Position numbers and translations under genes: made by a program. The notes below the pieces were generated by a model that worked only from the letters and a program-made list of their open reading frames with translations, did not search any database and was not told the origin of the DNA. From Azolla caroliniana (taxonomy: Eukaryota; Plantae; Polypodiophyta), in assembly GCA_043228905.1 (NCBI GenBank), contig JBHGNT010000014.1, positions 15,934,001 through 15,998,000 of the forward strand: a stretch of DNA of 64,000 nucleotides. Reading direction: 5' to 3'. Below, in pieces: positions 62,317 through 64,000 of this stretch. The first letter of the stretch is position 1; the number at the start of each line of letters is the position of its first letter.

Positions 62317-64000
62317 GACTAAAATTTCATGACGAGTAAAAACTTGAGAATTATGGTTGGACATGTATGTGCTAAGCTTAATGATTTCACAAGAGCTTGA
62401 CAGTTAGCTATCTATTTTTACTGCAAGAGTTCTTATCAACTGTGATTTTATATAAGGTAGATTGACAAACAACAATCGCCATCCTATGAATAATTATGCC
62501 TCTCCAAGTCAACGCATAAAGTCTGCATCATCTTTTGTTCGGGGAAAAAAATGCAAAAAGACCATGTATCCTGAAGTGGTTGTTAGTGTGCAGTGAGGAA
62601 TCCTTAATTTTTGAGAGCAACGTACTAACCTAGAGTGAGAATGAGCAGGCATGCAACTATCTTTGCCAAAAGGAGGAAATCAATGACCCGAGCAATGAGC
62701 ATATCAACTTGGACTTCTATGAACCTCACATCCTTTGTGTGTAAGTATGATGTTTGACTGGTGAAGAGGTTTCACGGATGAAATGGTGTAAATGGAGGTG
62801 AATCACGATGTTAGATGACAAGGCAGCATGTGACCATGATAGTGAGGTGCATCATATGTGCCTAATTTCTCAGGGCATTTGAAGATCAGATATCTAAGAT
62901 CAAGAAAATAGCTCCGTCAAAATTCCACCGCATAGTAAACCGGCAATTTCGACAAGCTGCATTCCCAAAGTATGTGATCTTCATGCTCCCTGAACATAGC
63001 TTACTTGAATCTACTATTTAACACAATGTCATGTACAAGAAACATGCACATCATAATGTCAACTTCAAAAATTCCAATCAGTTATAATAATGCAAATGAT
63101 GGCATATATCAGGAGTCTCCCTCATGGCCATATATGGGTGTCGCCAGCACTCAAAGAATAATCACAGCTTTCTTTAGCTTCATCACTCCTCATACTATAA
63201 GCCAATAGAGGGCTACACAAATGAGCTCACAACCAGGACATTGCAAAGGAGTTACAATAGATCGGGCAATAACAATTTGTCGTGCACATAGGCCCTAGCC
63301 TAATCTCACCATCCTTGTCATCGACAAAATTGCAGAGCTTCCCTCATTTCCTCGACCCCTCCAATCTGGATTGACCTATGCTAGAGATCTTTCACAGACA
63401 AAAAGTACAATAAATCTGACTAGAGAATCTTACATGTATAAATGAAGAGATTCTTTTGTCATGTCATAGTTCTATTTCTATTTACTTTTTTACTTGGTTA
63501 TATTTATTTTGGTTTGCGATTTTTCAAAGATGAGATAATGTTTTAAGATGTAATCTCTTGTTTGGTCTTATAGCCATTTTGGCCTCTTAAAAGAAGTTAA
63601 TATATCTTTCTTTCTTGAAGGTTAAAAAATCTAAAAATAGAGATGCTTCCTGAGGAAAACGCTAGACAGATTTTATAACAAATATTACCGTTGATAATCA
63701 AATGTTGGTGGTCGCCCAAAGAAGTGAAGAAAGGCTGTTTGCACATGGGGAGAACAAAGCCATGGGGTTGGCCAATACCTGCATTTAAAAGATATCCCCA
63801 AATCATTTAAAGTTGTTTTCAATTCAAAGACTTATTCTTTCTAAAGGTACATCAGAGGTCCACAGAATCAGAGTTAACGTGAAGATCTATTCTCCAGAAA
63901 GTGATAATCTGCAGAGAAGATTTAACCCAACAATTGCTGAATTTGTGTTTAGCGTCCATGATAACCAAATCCATTAAGAGGCTATTCTACTATATGCGTA

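Noticed and set aside
62400-63400. Possible LINE C-terminal zinc-finger remnant (EDHILWEC, minus strand)
   Set aside because: A single short motif among many stops; insufficient support.

Overview
AT-rich, microsatellite-rich, intron-containing land-plant nuclear DNA. The retroelement types suggest a non-seed plant such as a fern (inference). There are three host genes, all on the minus strand: the first two coding exons of a TBCC-domain protein 1 (TBCCD1-like; the rest lies outside the window), a two-exon WEB-family (DUF827-like) coiled-coil gene of about 751 aa, and a five-exon TFIIS-central/SPOC-domain BORDER-like gene of about 939 aa. About 28 kb (11-39 kb) is a nested LTR-retrotransposon cluster. 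It holds one young copia with an intact ORF (27057-32373, LTRs differing at 2 of 602 positions), several decayed copia and gypsy elements, three solo LTRs, a PEG10/sushi-like gag and a chromovirus. Two hAT-type MITEs, a LINE fragment and a telomere-like satellite lie outside the cluster. The most unusual signal is a gypsy family whose coding strand and LTR TATA point one way, while an extended, hairpin-interrupted tRNA-Arg-complementary site lies on the opposite strand exactly where the polypurine tract should be. It occurs next to two diverged LTRs, with compensatory base changes in the hairpin. All coordinates were read by eye and no database searches were run.
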